Source: the human T2T-CHM13v2.0 reference genome, Homo sapiens. From it: a stretch of DNA of 64,000 bases. This document shows, one piece after another, positions 40,115-53,490 of the stretch. How positions within the stretch are numbered: the stretch's first letter is position 1; each line of letters begins with the position of its first letter. The notes beneath the pieces were generated by a model. The model searched no databases, had not been told where the DNA came from, and worked only from the letters and a program-made list of their open reading frames with translations. The DNA lies in the NCBI RefSeq assembly GCF_009914755.1, contig NC_060933.1, one strand, 5' to 3'. The position numbers were made by a program, and so were the translations under genes.

Positions 40115-43100
40115 TATTTGCATAATCCTCCTAGGTGTACAACTCCAGTTACCTGGGAATCTCATCCCCATCCCCCACAGCAGCCGCAGCAAGACCGGCC
40201 CAAGGAGACTCTGAGCTCAGACACGCCTAGCCCTGCCCCCATCTGATGGTCCTTCTCTACCCACCCTGGTAGCAGAAAACAAAGGACATATAATCTTGGG
40301 ATTTCTAGGGCCCTGCCCACTGCCAGTCCCTCTCCACACTACCACAGCTGATGCTTTCTGGCAAGTGCCACCTCCTGGCAGGAGGCCAACCAACGCAAAA
40401 ATAGAGCATTAAACCACCAAATCTAAGGACCCTCACAGAGTCCATTGCACCCTCCGTCACCTCCACTGGAATAGGCACTAGTATATACGGCTGAGAGACC
40501 CATAAATGGTTCACATCACAGACAACCCCCAGAACCAGCTTGGAGCCAGGTAGACTCACTGGGTGGCTAGACCCAGAAGAGAGACAATAAACACTATAGT
40601 TTGGCTCACAAGAAGCCACATCCATAGGAAAAGTGGGAGAGTACTACATCAAGGGAACACCTTGTGGAACAAAAATATCTGAACAACAGCCTTCAGCCCT
40701 AGACCTTCCCTCTGGTAGAGCCTACCCAAATGAGAAAGAACTAGAAAACCAACCCTGGTAATACGACAAAACAAGGCTCATCAACAGCCTCGAAAAATCA
40801 TGCTAGTTCACCAGCAATGGATCCAAACCAAGAAGAAATCCCTGAATTACCTGAAAAAGAATTCAGGGGGTTAGTTATTAACCCAATTAGGGAGGAACCA
40901 GAGAAACGTGAAGCCCAGTGTAAGGAAATCCAAAAAAATGATACAAGAAGCGATGGGAGAAATATTCAATGAAATAGACAGTTTAAAGGAAAAAAAATAA
41001 AATGTCAGGAAACTTTGGACACACTTTTAGAAATGCAAAATGCTCTAGAAAGTCTCAGCAATAGAATTAAACAAGTAGAAGAAAGAAATTCAGAGCTTGA
41101 AGAATTAACCCAATCCAACAAAGACAAAGAAAAAAGAATAAGAAAATATGAATAAAGCCTCCAAGAAGTCTGGGATGATGTTAAACAACAAAACCTAAGG
41201 ATAATCAGGTTCATGAGGAAGAAGACAATTCTAAAATCTTGGAAAACATATTGTGGGGAATAATAAAGGAAAACTTCCCCAGCCTTGCTAGAGACCTAGA
41301 CATGCAAATACAAGAAGCACAAAGAAAACGTGGGAAATTCGTTGCAAAAAGATCTTCACCTAGGCACATTGTCATCAGGTTTTCCAAAGTTAAGATGAAG
41401 GAAAGCATCTTAAGAGCTGTGAGACAGAAGCACCAGGTAACCTATAAAGGAAAACCTATCAGATTAACAGCAGATTTCTCAACAGAAATGCTAACAGCTA
41501 GAAGGGATTGGGGGCCTATCTTCAGTCTCCTCAAACAAAACAATTATCAGCCAAGAATTCTGTATCCGGTGAAACTAAGCATCATATATGAAGGAAAGAT
41601 ACAGTCATTTTCTTTCCTTCAACAAATGCTGAGAGAATTCACTATTACCAAGCCACCACTACAAGAACTGCTAAAAGAGCTCTAAATCTTGAAACAAACC
41701 CTGGAAACACATCAAAACAGAATCTCTTTAAAGTACAAATCACACAGGACCTATAAAACAAAAATGCAAGTTAAAAAAACAAAAACAAAAAACAAAAAAT
41801 AAAGAGCATGATGAATGCAACAGTACCTCACGTTTCAATACTAACATTGAATGTAAATGGCCTAAATGTTCCTTTTAAAAGGTACAGAACTGCAGAATGG
41901 AAAAGAACTCACCAACCAACTACCTGCTGTCTTCAGGAGACTCACCTAACACATAAGGATTCGCATAAACTTAAAGTAAAGGGGTGGAAAAAGACATTTC
42001 ATGCAAATGGACACCGAAAGCAAGCAGGGGTAGCTATTCTTATATCAGACAAAACAAGCTTTATAGCAACAGTGGTTAAAAGAGACAAAAAGGAGCATTA
42101 TATAATGGTAAAAGGCCTTGTCCAACAGGAAAATATCACAATCCTAAGCATATATGCAGCTAACACAGGAGCTCCCAAATTTATAAAACCATTACTAATA
42201 GACCTAAGAAATGAGATAGCACACCATAATAGTGCAGGACTTCAATACTCCACTGACAGCACTAGACAGATTATCAAGACAGAAAGTCAACAAAGAAACA
42301 ACGGATTTAAACTATACCTGGGAACAAATGGACTTAACAGATATATACAGAACATTTCATCCAACAACTGCAGAATACACATTCTATTCAAGAGCGCATG
42401 GAACTTTCTCCAAGATAGACCATGTGATAGGCCATAAAACGAGCCTCAATAAATTTAAGAAAATTGAAATTATATCAAGCACTCTCTCAGACCACAGTGG
42501 AATAAAACTGGAAATCAACTCCATAATGAACTTTCAAAACCACACAAACACATGGAAATTAAATAAACTGCTCCTGAATGAGCACCGGGTTAAAAACGAA
42601 ATCAAGATGGAAACTAAAAAATTCTTTGAACTGAATGACAATAATGACACAATTTATCATAACCTCTGGGATACAGCTAAGGCGGTGCTAAGCGGAAAGC
42701 TCACAGCCCTAAATGCCTACATCGAAAAGTCTGAAAGAGCACAAACAATCTAAGGTCACCCCTCAAGGAACTAGAGAAACAAGAACAAACCAAACCCAAA
42801 CCAGCAGAAAAAAGGAAATAACCAAGATCAGAGCAGAACTAAATGAAACTGAAACAAACAAAGAAAAATATATAAAAGATAAATGAAACCAAAAGCTGGT
42901 TCTTTGACAAGATAAATAAAATTGATACACCATCAGCAAAATTAACCAAGAAAAGAAGAGAGAAAATCCAGATAACCTCACTAAGAAACGAAACAGGAAA
43001 TATTACAACTGACACCACTGAAATACAAAAGATCACTCAAGCCTACTATGAACACCTTTACACGCATAAAATAGAAAACCTAGAGAGGGATACATTCCTG

Positions 43101-44058
43101 GAGAAATACAACCCTCCTTGATTAAATCAGGAAGAATTAGATACCCTGAACAGACCAACAACAAACAGAGAGACTGAAACAGTAATTTTAAAATTCCCTG
43201 CACGTTCTGCACATGTATCCCAGAACTTAAAGTATAATTAAAAAAACAAAGCAACCTATTTTGCAAAGCTGTAGGATATACTATCAGTATATAAAAATCA
43301 CTTGTGTTTCTATACAGTAGCAATGAGCAAACTGCAAATAAAATTAGAAAAGCAATTTCATTTACAATAGCATCAAAAAGAATAAAGTACCCAGGAATAC
43401 ATTTAACAGAAGTTGAAACTTTATTTAAAAAAAAAATTCCAACAAAAAAAGTCCCAGACCAGATGGATTCACAGCAGAATTCTACCAGATGTTCAAAGAA
43501 GAATTGGTACCAATCCTTTTGACACTATTCCACAAGATAGAGAAAGAAGGAACCTTCCCTAATTAATTCTATGAAGCCAGCATCACCCTAATACCAAAAC
43601 CAGGAAAGGACACAACCAAAAGAGAAAACTACAGACTGATATTTTTGATGAACATGGATGCTAAAATCCTTAACAAAATACTAGCTAACCGAATCCAACA
43701 ACACATCAAAAAGATAATCCATCATGATCAAATGGATTTCATACCAGGAATACAGGGATGGTTTAACATACACAAGGCAATAAATGTGATACACCACATA
43801 AACAGAACTAAAAACAAAAATCATACGATTATCTCAATAAATGCAGAAAAAAAATCGACAAAATCCAGCATCCCTTTGTGATTAAGACCCTCAGCAAAGT
43901 CAGCATACAAGGGACATACCTTAATGTAATAAAAGCCATCTGTGACAAAGCCACAGCCAACATAATACTGAATGGGGAAAAGTTGAAGGTATTTCCTCTG
44001 AGAACAGGAACGAGACAAGAATTCCCACTCTCACCACTCCTCTTCAACATAGTACTGG
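40115..44058 (+). mobile_element. L1PB-type LINE-1: 5'UTR, ORF1 and ORF2 endonuclease to start of RT; disrupted
   Basis: ORF1 piece 41239-41685 (ENFPSLARD..IRLTADFS..YQPRILYP); ORF2 pieces 41808-42437 (LTLNVNGLN..CCLQETHL), 42232-42753 ([14 protein letters not shown]) and 43645-43881 ([17 protein letters not shown]); many stops and frameshifts. Confidence 0.92.
43198..43432 (+). mobile_element. Short L1PA 3' end plus probable transduced flank, inserted in the L1PB
   Basis: ctgcacgttctgcacatgtatcccagaacttaaagtataat + A7 + ~170 bp of older L1 ORF2 + A tract; TSD aaaattcc at 43190-43197 and 43433-43440. Confidence 0.75.
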
Positions 44059-44412
44059 AGGATATTACACTAAGTGAAATAAGCCAAGCACAGCAAGACA
44101 AATACCACATGACTCACTTATATGTGGAGCATAAAAAAAGTCAAACTCATAGAAACAGAGAGTAAAATGGTGGTTACCAGAGGCTGGAAGGTGGCAGAAT
44201 TGGGGAGATGTTGGTTAAAGGACACAAAATTAGACAGGAGGAATATTGTACAACGTGGTGACTCGGATTAGTAACAATATATAGTATATTTTAAAATTAC
44301 TCAAAGAGTAGATTATAAGTGTTCTCTCCACAAAAAAAAGTATGTAAGGTAATGCATATGATAAATAGCTTGATTTAGCCATTCCACAATGTATACACAT
44401 ATCAAAACATAT
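44055..44412 (+). mobile_element. L1MA 3' end
   Basis: ggaggatattacactaagtgaaataagcca..; tagcttgatttagccattccacaatgtatac. Confidence 0.8.
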
Positions 44413-45049
44413 ATAGGTATAGGAGGCATGTATAGATGGTATATATAGGTATAGAGGGCATTGTACAGTGTAAATTGTACCTTTTATCATTATCAAACGA
44501 CCCTGCTCACTGAATGCTCTTTGCCCCACATTAAATCTTTCCTGATATTTTTATTGCCACCTTGCTTTCTTCTGATTTTGTTTCCCTAGTTGTTTGCCCA
44601 TCTTCTGTCATCTCAAATGTCCTGTGCCATTTTGTCATCTGTTATTTGTTTTTATATGCAGCTTTTACATGGGTTATGAGTCAATCTGAAAATCATTTTT
44701 TCCTTTTAATAAAGCAGTTCATCCCTTATTTGATGTTACGGATGTGTTTGCCTTTCTCTCTTCACCTCTTATTTTCTTATGTCTTCTGTGCCGCTGCTTC
44801 ATTTTAAAAATCTTTTGCTGTTTGGCTTCTCTTTTTGAGTGTGTCAATATTTTCCTTTTTATAAAGAAGTAGCTTTACAACTCTTCATAATTTACTTAAA
44901 CCTTTTTTCTTTACTGACAAACTTTAATAATATCTATTGATTCCCTGCAATGAAACAAGCACTTCCTTTGCCTAATTTTTGTTTTAATATTAATACTATA
45001 ATTCTACAAGTGGCTGTTATTATATCTTTTAACATGCCTTCCCAATTCA

Positions 45050-45975
45050 AGATCACTTCCATGAGCCCTAGATTTGGCCAGCCAACTGTCTACCTAACAT
45101 CACTGCTGGGTGGCTAAGTGCCTCCAACTTGATGTGTCAAAACCAAATCATGATTCCAGCCTCCCAGACGCTTTCCTTTCACACTTTCCCACATTTCAGT
45201 AAAGAGATGACTCTTTTACCTCCTTACCAGGTCAAAAACTGAGGTGTCATCCTCAATTCCTTCTTTGTCTTTATCCAGCAAAGTTCAATCCAACAAGTCA
45301 TGTCATTTCTTCTCCACAGCACAATTGATTCCATTCACTTCTCACCCTCATCACTCCAGCCCCCTCAGTGTGACACCAGCACGTCTTCCTGGAGGAGGCA
45401 GGAGCCTCATTACTACCCCCTAGCCCTGCACACACACTCTACCCTCAACATTCATTCATTCTACACATGGAGATAACACTACTGTCCTGCTTTACATCCT
45501 TCACAGACTCCATTGTTCTTAAACTAACACTCCATTTCTTCCTCAATGCCTGCAAGGCAGGGTTCTGCAATGGGCCAGACATTCTAGGGCAGCCTCTCTG
45601 TATCTCTATTGCCCTAGCAGGGCTTGGTCATCCTGTCCAGCTCTGAAGCCCTTTCCACTCAGGGCTCATACACTTGCCCTAAAAGGTTCCTTCCCAGGTC
45701 CACACACGACTGCCACAGCTACTCCTTCAGGTCAAGCTCAGACATCACCTCCCCAGAGAGGCCATTCTTGACCTGGCATCCACTTTCTCCACCACATCTC
45801 TACCCTTACTATCATTATAACAAAGACCACCAAGTTACCGATCTTACTGTTGGCCAATTTTTGGTTGTCTTCTCCCCTCACTAGAGTGCAAGTTCCATGG
45901 GGACAACTGCATGACTGTCTATCCCAGGCTGGAAGCTGTGACAGACTCAGAAAAGATTTTCAAATGAAGGAATAT
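45050..45975 (+). mobile_element. L2 fragments
   Basis: caactgtctacctaacatc; gtcatcctcaattccttc; catcacctccccagagaggcc; cactagagtgcaagttccatggggac. Confidence 0.7.
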
Positions 45976-45978
45976 ACT

Positions 45979-45986
<8 letters not shown>

Positions 45987-46010
<24 letters not shown>

Positions 46011-46298
46011 TTTATTTTTGAGACAGAGTTTTGCTCTTGTCCAGGCTGGGGTGCAATGGCGTGATCTGGGCTCACCACAACCTCTGCCTCCTGGATTCAA
46101 ACGATTCTCCTGCCTCAGCCTCCTGAGTAGCTGGGATTACAGGCATGTGCCACCATGGCCAGCTAATTTTGTATTTTTAGTAGAGATGGGGTTTCTCCAT
46201 GTTGGTCACGCTGGTCTTGAACTCCCGACCTCAGATGATCAGCCCACCTCAGCCTCCCAAAGTGCTGGGATTACAGGTGTGAGCCACTGTGCCCGGCC
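45987..46298 (-). mobile_element. AluSp-like SINE with (TTTA)n tail
   Basis: gagttttgctcttgt, ggtttctccatgttggtca and cccgacctcag. Confidence 0.9.
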
Positions 46299-46451
46299 TA
46301 AACACCTTTTTTGTTTATCAAATTTGGGAAGTATATAGCAATTCCATATGATGGCAGTGGAGAAATTTACTCACTTTACACCTTCTCCATCTTCTCATTT
46401 TCTTAGTCCCTTCTCATTTGTGTCTCCTTGTTGCTTATAATACAGTACTTA

Positions 46452-46822
<371 letters not shown>

Positions 46823-46859
46823 GTAAACACTATGTATATTTAGGGTATACAAAATGATC

Positions 46860-47640
46860 ATGAATCTCCACATTCCAAATAATCTATTATCAAAATTTAT
46901 AAAGCAAAAACTGAAGGAAACACAGGGAGACATGGAAATACAACAGCCGTAGGAGACATTAACTCACTTGTCAGCTACTGACAGATCAAGTAGAGAAAAA
47001 TTCAGTAAGAACATAGACAGTGGCCTTGAAAATGCACCGTGCACCGGAATTGTCTGTGATGTGCCTAAAACTGCCATCCAGAAGCTTCTATGTTAGCAAG
47101 TCCGGAGCAACACCCAGGAATCTGAGCTTTCACATGCTCCTCAGGTAATTCTAATGAACAGAAAACATTTCAAAATAAAAACCATGAGGAGATTCTAAAT
47201 GATGCACAGAATAAGGTAAATCTAATAAATATATAGTGAATGCTATGCCTGGAATAAAACAGAATACAGCTTATTTTGAACTGTTCATGAAATACTTACT
47301 GATTATAGATAAAGCCCCAAATGAAACTTCAAAAAAAATTCTATAAAGTAGAAATAGTTCAGGTAACATTTTCAGATTACACTGTATTAATGAGAAATAA
47401 AGGAAAATTAACAAACAGAAAAACGCAAACATCAAAAGACATTTAACTTTCTCTTGTACAATAAGCAGATCTGGCCCCAAAGAGGGACTCAAAATCAAAT
47501 TTGTGCAATACTTACAAAGTAGTACTTTAAAAAAAAGTATGTATCATAATCCATAACACTTGGTTAGCTTACACTCAGGGAAAAATTCTAGGCCTTAAAC
47601 AGTTCCACTACAAAACAAGAAAGAATACAAATAAATGAAA
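46860..47640 (+). mobile_element. Ancient L1M endonuclease-region fragment with a MER5-like insert at about 47019-47180
   Basis: gtaggagacattaac..gacagatcaagtaga; cccaggaatctg..ctcctcaggtaattctaatg. Confidence 0.55.
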
Positions 47641-48147
47641 GGGAAGAGATGACATCTTAGTTTTGCACCATCTCAGAGCTATGAGATTGGCTGATAATCT
47701 GTTCATATGCCTGCTGACCACTGCTTTTCCCCTTTCACTTTCTTCTGTTTGTATCTTTTCTTAAAGGTTGGTAGAAAATATTTACGCAGTTTTCTCCACC
47801 TCAAGTTCATGAACATTTTTTCTTATACTTTAAATAAGTTTTATCATAAAAGACTTTAAAATTCAGAGAAGATTAGAGAATAAAACAATCCAAATCCCAT
47901 ACATCCACCACTCAGTTACAACACATTTTCATATTTTGCCATGTTGCTCGTTTTTGCCATTTTAATCAAGTTTTACTATAAAATACTTTAAAATTCGATA
48001 AATTTAAGGAATAATATAATAAATACCCACATACCCACCACCCAGTTTTTACACACCCTAATATTTTGCCTTTTTTTGCCTATTTTTTTTTTTAAGTATT
48101 AAAGTATCACCTGTGGGCATTCAGAGGGCTTATGGTGGCAGTAGGAA

Positions 48148-48549
48148 TTTTGTTTTGTTTTGTTTTGTGACGGAGTCTCGCTCTATCGCCCAGGCTGGAG
48201 TGCATGGCGATACCTCAGCTCACTGCAACCTCCACCTCTCGGGTTCAAGCAATTCTCCTGCCCCAGCCTCCCAAGTAGCTGGGACTACAGGTGTGTGCCA
48301 GCTACTGCACTACAGGTTGACCCACTGCAACCTCTGCCTCCCAGGGTCAAGTGACCCTCCTGTCTCATCCTCCCAAGTAGCTGGGACTACAGGCACATGC
48401 CACCATTTCTGGTGCATTTTTGTATTTTTAGTAGAGATGGGGTTTCACCATGTTGGTCAGGCTGGTCTCAGACTCCTAACCTCAGGTGATCCACCCACCT
48501 CAGCCTCCCAAAGTGCTGGGATTACAGGCATGAGCCACCGCATCTGGTC
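48148..48549 (-). mobile_element. AluS-type SINE with a duplicated right-arm segment
   Basis: cactgcaacctc..cccaagtagctgggactacagg occurs twice (48221-48290 and 48323-48393). Confidence 0.88.
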
Positions 48550-48626
48550 TATTCTCTCTACTTTAGAAATGTCTTCAAATTTCCATGATAAAAAGTTTAA
48601 AAATTATAATTCATGTAAATTTTTTA

Positions 48627-49262
48627 TGAGAGGCTTTCAGTTTCACCTCTGACATGTCAGAGCTTGGAAGTCAACGTTCCCATCCTAGTAACAAGAAAAA
48701 GCTGTATAAACTGAAACGTAATGACTTTTCCGGGGCCCATCAGAGAACTGAGGATTCAGGGCAAGTTGCCATCCCAAAATCTTGAAAGAGGCAAGTCCAG
48801 AGACTCACGGTTGACATCTACTTACCTGGAACAGAAGCCACTGGAGTCATAAGCTAGTAGCAAAACTTCAATGGTAATTTTGGCAAATGACTCAGGGCTG
48901 AGTGTAGACTAGTGTGGGAGTGAGGAATGTCTGGGTCTGCAGGCTCTGGCGGGCACACTCTGCTGGGCTTTCCCTCCAGGAACCCCAGCAGGTTCCCATA
49001 ATGAAACACTAAGAAAAAGCTCTAGGACTAGAGTAAAAGGAAAGAAATTGTAAAATTCACCCAGAACCATTCCCAGGGAAAAGACTGCTAGAGCTGTATG
49101 CCAGCTGTTCCAGCCCCCTCTAGCCTTCCTCTAAGGGTGAACCCAGAATCAAGAGGAGTGGGGGTTTCAAGGAAACAGACTGGGAACATGGCAGCCAGGA
49201 AAAGGAGTCAGGGGCAGGGAAAGACAAAAAAAAAAGAAAGAAAAAAAGCTATGCTAGGGGAG
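48627..49262 (+). mobile_element. L1MC-like 5' region
   Basis: cagtttcacctctgacatgt..aacaagaaaaagctg..ccatcagagaactgagg. Confidence 0.55.
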
Positions 49263-49269
49263 AACTACT

Positions 49270-52200
49270 TGTGAAGATCATCTTCTTGGCCTGCTGTCCA
49301 GAGGAGCCCAAAGTGGCTGGGAGGCAGTCTTAACTTCCAGTTCAATGGACTCATTGCTGTGCCTCCCGATGGAAGCATTTCTCCCTCTGGAACTAAAACC
49401 ACAAGGCCAGCAGAACCTGAGGTTGTGGAGACAGGAAACAAAAATTTTGCTAATAAATCACTAGGGGTGATGGTAAGTGATGCCACTCCCATTTCTACCC
49501 CTTGATTTCTGGACCAGTGAACTCTGGCTATGGGAGAAACAGCACCATAGATTAGTTGCTGATTTGCAGCATAGGCCGCCTCCTGGAGAATGTTGCCCCA
49601 GCCCTGCAAGGTATTGCCACTTACCTGGCACTGGCACTGAGACTTTGAAAGGCCATTCCACTGTTCTGTGAAGTCGGCTGCACCATGTTGATGGGGAACA
49701 TGATAAGACTAATGGATTCCATGAGCATGAGCCCATTGCTGTATGTCTTTGGCTGTGAAGTGAGTTCCTTGATCAGAAGCAATGCTGTGTGGAATACTAT
49801 GATGGCAAATGGCATTCTATAAGTCCATAGGTGGCAGTTTTGGCAATAGCACTGCATGCAGAAAAGGCATATATGTATCTGGAGTATCTATTCCAGTAAG
49901 GACAAAACAATGCCTCCTCCATGATGGAAGGTGTTCAATGTAAGCAATCTGCCACCAGGTAGCTGGCGGATCACCGTGGGGACTGGTGCCATATCTGAGG
50001 CTTAGTGTTGGTCACTGCTGCTGACAGTTTGGGCATGCAGTCGTGTCTGTGGCCAGGTAGTCCTTGGTGAGTGGAAGTCCATGTTGCTGAGCCCATGCAT
50101 AACTTCCATCCCTGCCACCATGACACTTTGTTCATGAGCCCATTGGGAAATGACAGGGGTGGCTGGGGAAAGAGGCTGACTGGTATCCACAGAATGGGTC
50201 CTCCTATCCACTTGATTATTAAAATCCTCCTCTGCTAAGGTCACCCTTTGGTGAGCATCCACATGGGACACAAATGTCTTCATTCTTTCTTTCTTTCCTT
50301 TCTTTCCTTTCTTTTCTTCCTTCCTTTCTCTCTCTCTCTCTTTCTTTCTTTTTCTCATTCAAAGAGTTTTATCCACACACCTCTTCCTCAGATCTCCTTC
50401 TCAGTAATTTTCCACTCATGTTTCTTCTAAGTCCATGACCATCCAGCAAAATCATTGGCTACAGCCCATGAATTTGCATATAATCACACATCTGGCCCTG
50501 TCTCCTTTCAAGCAAAATGAATAAGTTTCAAGTAGCACTGCTTGAAGTTCTGCCCACAGAGAAGATTTCCTAGAAAGGGGTTCTTGTGCTGCAGCTATCC
50601 ACTTTTGGGTAGTGAGTGCGTATTGTGCAGAATTGTCTATAAATAAGGCCTAAGCCTTCTCCTCCTCTGTCAGCTGGTTGTAGGGAACTCCCCATTAGGT
50701 CATAGGTGCAGTCTGGGAGAGAGGAGGCAGTGTAGCTGGAGTGGGAACCATGGGCATTTGGGCCACTTCTTCGTGTACCTTACTTGTACCTTGAGTGCTC
50801 TGTCCTATTTGATGACAGTGCTACCGTTCGTGTCTCACTTTATGGCTTGGAGGGTCAAATAACACCCAGTTCATGATGTGCCGCTCAGGTCCCATAGTTA
50901 CTTGGTGGCCCATAGTTAAGTGTTCCGTGTTACTAAGGCCCAGTGTCACTAAGGCTAAAAGGTGTTTCCCAAAAGGAAAATAATTATCTGCAGAGGATGA
51001 GAGGGTTTTGCTCCAAAATCCTAAGGTCTTGCACTACAATTCACTTATAGGGCCCTGCCTAAGACTGCAAACAGCATCTCTATCTGCTACTAGCACTTCA
51101 AGCACCACTTCATCTGCTGGGTCATATGGCCCAAGGGGTAAAGCAGCTTGTGCAGCAGCCTCAGCCTGTTGCAGGCCTTCCTCCTGCTCTTGGCTCCATT
51201 CAAAACTAGCAGGTTTTCAGGTTACTTGGTAGATGGACAAAAAAGCACAACCAACCAAATGAGAAATAAGTCCGCTTCAAAATCTAAAGAGGCCCAGTAG
51301 GTGTTGTGCCTCTTTCTTGGTTGCGGAGCCAGATGCAACAACTCCTCCTTCCCCCTAGAAAGGATAGCTCCACGTGCCCCACACCACTGGATCTTTAGAA
51401 ATTTCGATGACATAGAAGGCCCCTGAATTTTTGTCAGATTTATTTCCCACCTACTGGCACACAAAAGTCTTACCGAGAACCTTAGATTAGTCACTACTTC
51501 CTGCTCAGCAGATGCAATCAGCATAAGGACATCCATGTAAGGACTAATGTGATGTTTTGTGGAAGGGAAAAGTGATGAAAAACCCTGGAAGCTAAACTAT
51601 GACAGAGCTGGAGAGTTGATATACCCCTGAAATCGGGCAGTGAAGGTATATTGCTGGCCTAGCCAACTGAAATCAAGTAGCTTCTGATGGTCTTTACTAA
51701 TAGGAATAGAGAAAAAAGCATGTGCCAGATTAATAGCTGTATACCAGGTATTAGGGATGTGTTAATTTACCCAAGCACTGAAACCACATCTGCCACAGCA
51801 GCTGCAATTTGAGTCACCAGGTTAAGCCATGATTCTATGTTTTTATGATTTAAGTTAATTTTTTATTCACTTGATGTAGAATTCTTCTGCAGATCAAGTA
51901 AGGATTTAGTAAGCATCTTACCTATTTCACTTCTAGAAGTACCATGATCACCAGCCAGTGCCACAGTTGTCTGCAGGTCAGACTATTACGATGGCTGCTT
52001 TGACTCCATTGTTCATTACAGCAGCCCCACCTGCCTTGTCTTTAGTGACTGAGTGCCAACACATGGTCCCTGCCACCCAGATTCAACTACCCTCCTTTGC
52101 ATTCAGGTTTTCCAATTCAGTGGCAGCAGTTCCCACTCTAGTTTCTGATCTACAGAGAGAAGAGTAATCAAGGGGCTCCTCAAGGATGCTGGAGATCCCC

Positions 52201-53420
52201 TTGCAAATTTGTTTCTCACAGTTGTAGTGAAAGGTGTATCCTCTAGACTCTCCAGAGTGAGTGAGCAGGTCTGAGGTGACAAATCTACTCTGCCGTTCTA
52301 ATTTCACAAGCCTTTGACTCTCTTTCTCTACAAAATGCCAAGGCAGGTGTGGCATTTCACATTTATTTCCTGTGGGCCACGTTTTGCTCCTTGTTTCATT
52401 TAACCAACCGAGCAACTTGTAGAGCCTTTCTAACTCCCCAAGCTGCAACATTAAATTTAGAATATCCACTTAGTAGTCGATGTTAACAGTTCCAGCTGGA
52501 TCCAACTTTATATCCAACTCTATGTTCTTTCTCTCTTTATTCCACACCCTTACTATCCCTGGATTTCTGTCTGCGTACACTGGAAAAATCATGTAGTTTT
52601 TTGGAGTGTAGTGCACTCTTCGTGGATCCCACTATATGCCTTACCTTTAGGGGTCTTCTGGGATGTGAGTCTAGTTATAGGCCTAGAAGCAGAGCAGTGC
52701 TGGGGGTGGATCCTGAGGGGAATCAGCATTGTCTTGTAAGACAACTACCACGGAGGATACCATTACAGTTTCCTCAGACGGGGATAGAATAATAGCTTCT
52801 ACTGGTAAAGAAACTCAGCAGAATCTAGGGGTTCAATGTCCCCAGCCTCACTGGGGTCTTCCTATATATCCCCATTCCATTGTTTGGAATCTCATTCCTT
52901 ATCAATCCCTCACTTTAACAGTAGACACCTTACAAGGCTGGGAATTCTATTTGTATTGTAATTCAGTAACTTGTAGGATGAGATTCTGGATTTGGTTTTC
53001 CGCAATCTCAGCTTTGCAGGTACAAGAGTTAAGTGTCTCTTTCAGGGCACAGAAAGCTTTCAGATCATTCATGTGGATTTGAATCAAATCTCTGAACTCC
53101 TTTTCTTCTTCAATTTGTCCATTGAAAGCAGGAGCTACCGGCCAATCTTGTCTTACTCATTAGCTTGACAAAAATGTTTGAAGGGTATCACCCAGATCCT
53201 TGCTTCTTGATGAGTGTTTGATTAGGAGTATCTAATGACGGTCTTTTGCAGACCTGTATTACCACACAGCACCATGGACTATCAGTGCTCCTTTTACTAC
53301 TGGAAATAGTCATTCATGTCTTTAAATCTAATCAGATTAGAGACAAAATTACAGAAACCCCAACCCAGAAAACTCATTCTTAAAATTCTGTTCCTTTAGA
53401 ACCACTTTCAGTACCAAATT
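49270..53420 (-). mobile_element. ERV-L (HERV-L/MLT2-int-like) internal region: decayed gag, RT, RNase H, integrase, dUTPase start
   Basis: ORF remnants WEINLTKIQGPS..KFL..QWCGA (RT), FVSHVDAHQRVT..EEDFNNQVDR (RNase H), YGAVSPIARVH.SRNQGVEM..PLNWKLRLPPSHFGLL (integrase/dUTPase); adjoins an MLT2 LTR. Confidence 0.9.
50282..50358. repeat. CT-rich microsatellite inside ERV-L pol
   Basis: (TTTC/CT)n run. Confidence 0.9.
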
Positions 53421-53490
53421 CTGTGTTAGGGTTCTCCAGAGAAACAGAACCTATATCTGAATCCATATTGGTACATATATGGTGTATTGA

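Noticed and set aside
41239-44165. Long ORFs (148, 209 and 173 aa) as a functional gene or active L1
   Set aside because: Frameshifted, stop-interrupted L1PB ORF1/ORF2 pieces; the RT is truncated.
48113-48652. 179-aa ORF and similar Alu-spanning ORFs (7432, 16656, 25445, 46018, 46449, 55913, 58875, 63174)
   Set aside because: Standard Alu-derived reading frames.
51828-51945. AT-rich stretch suspected to be a foreign filler in ERV-L
   Set aside because: Its reverse complement resembles the HERV-L gag end as I recall it (atcatgg..ctagaagtgaaat..ataaaaaca.agaatca.ggc), so it marks a simple deletion of the protease region.
49265-53082. ORFs resembling a domesticated retroviral gene
   Set aside because: Short fragments in alternating frames, with a microsatellite insertion and deletions; a decayed ERV-L.
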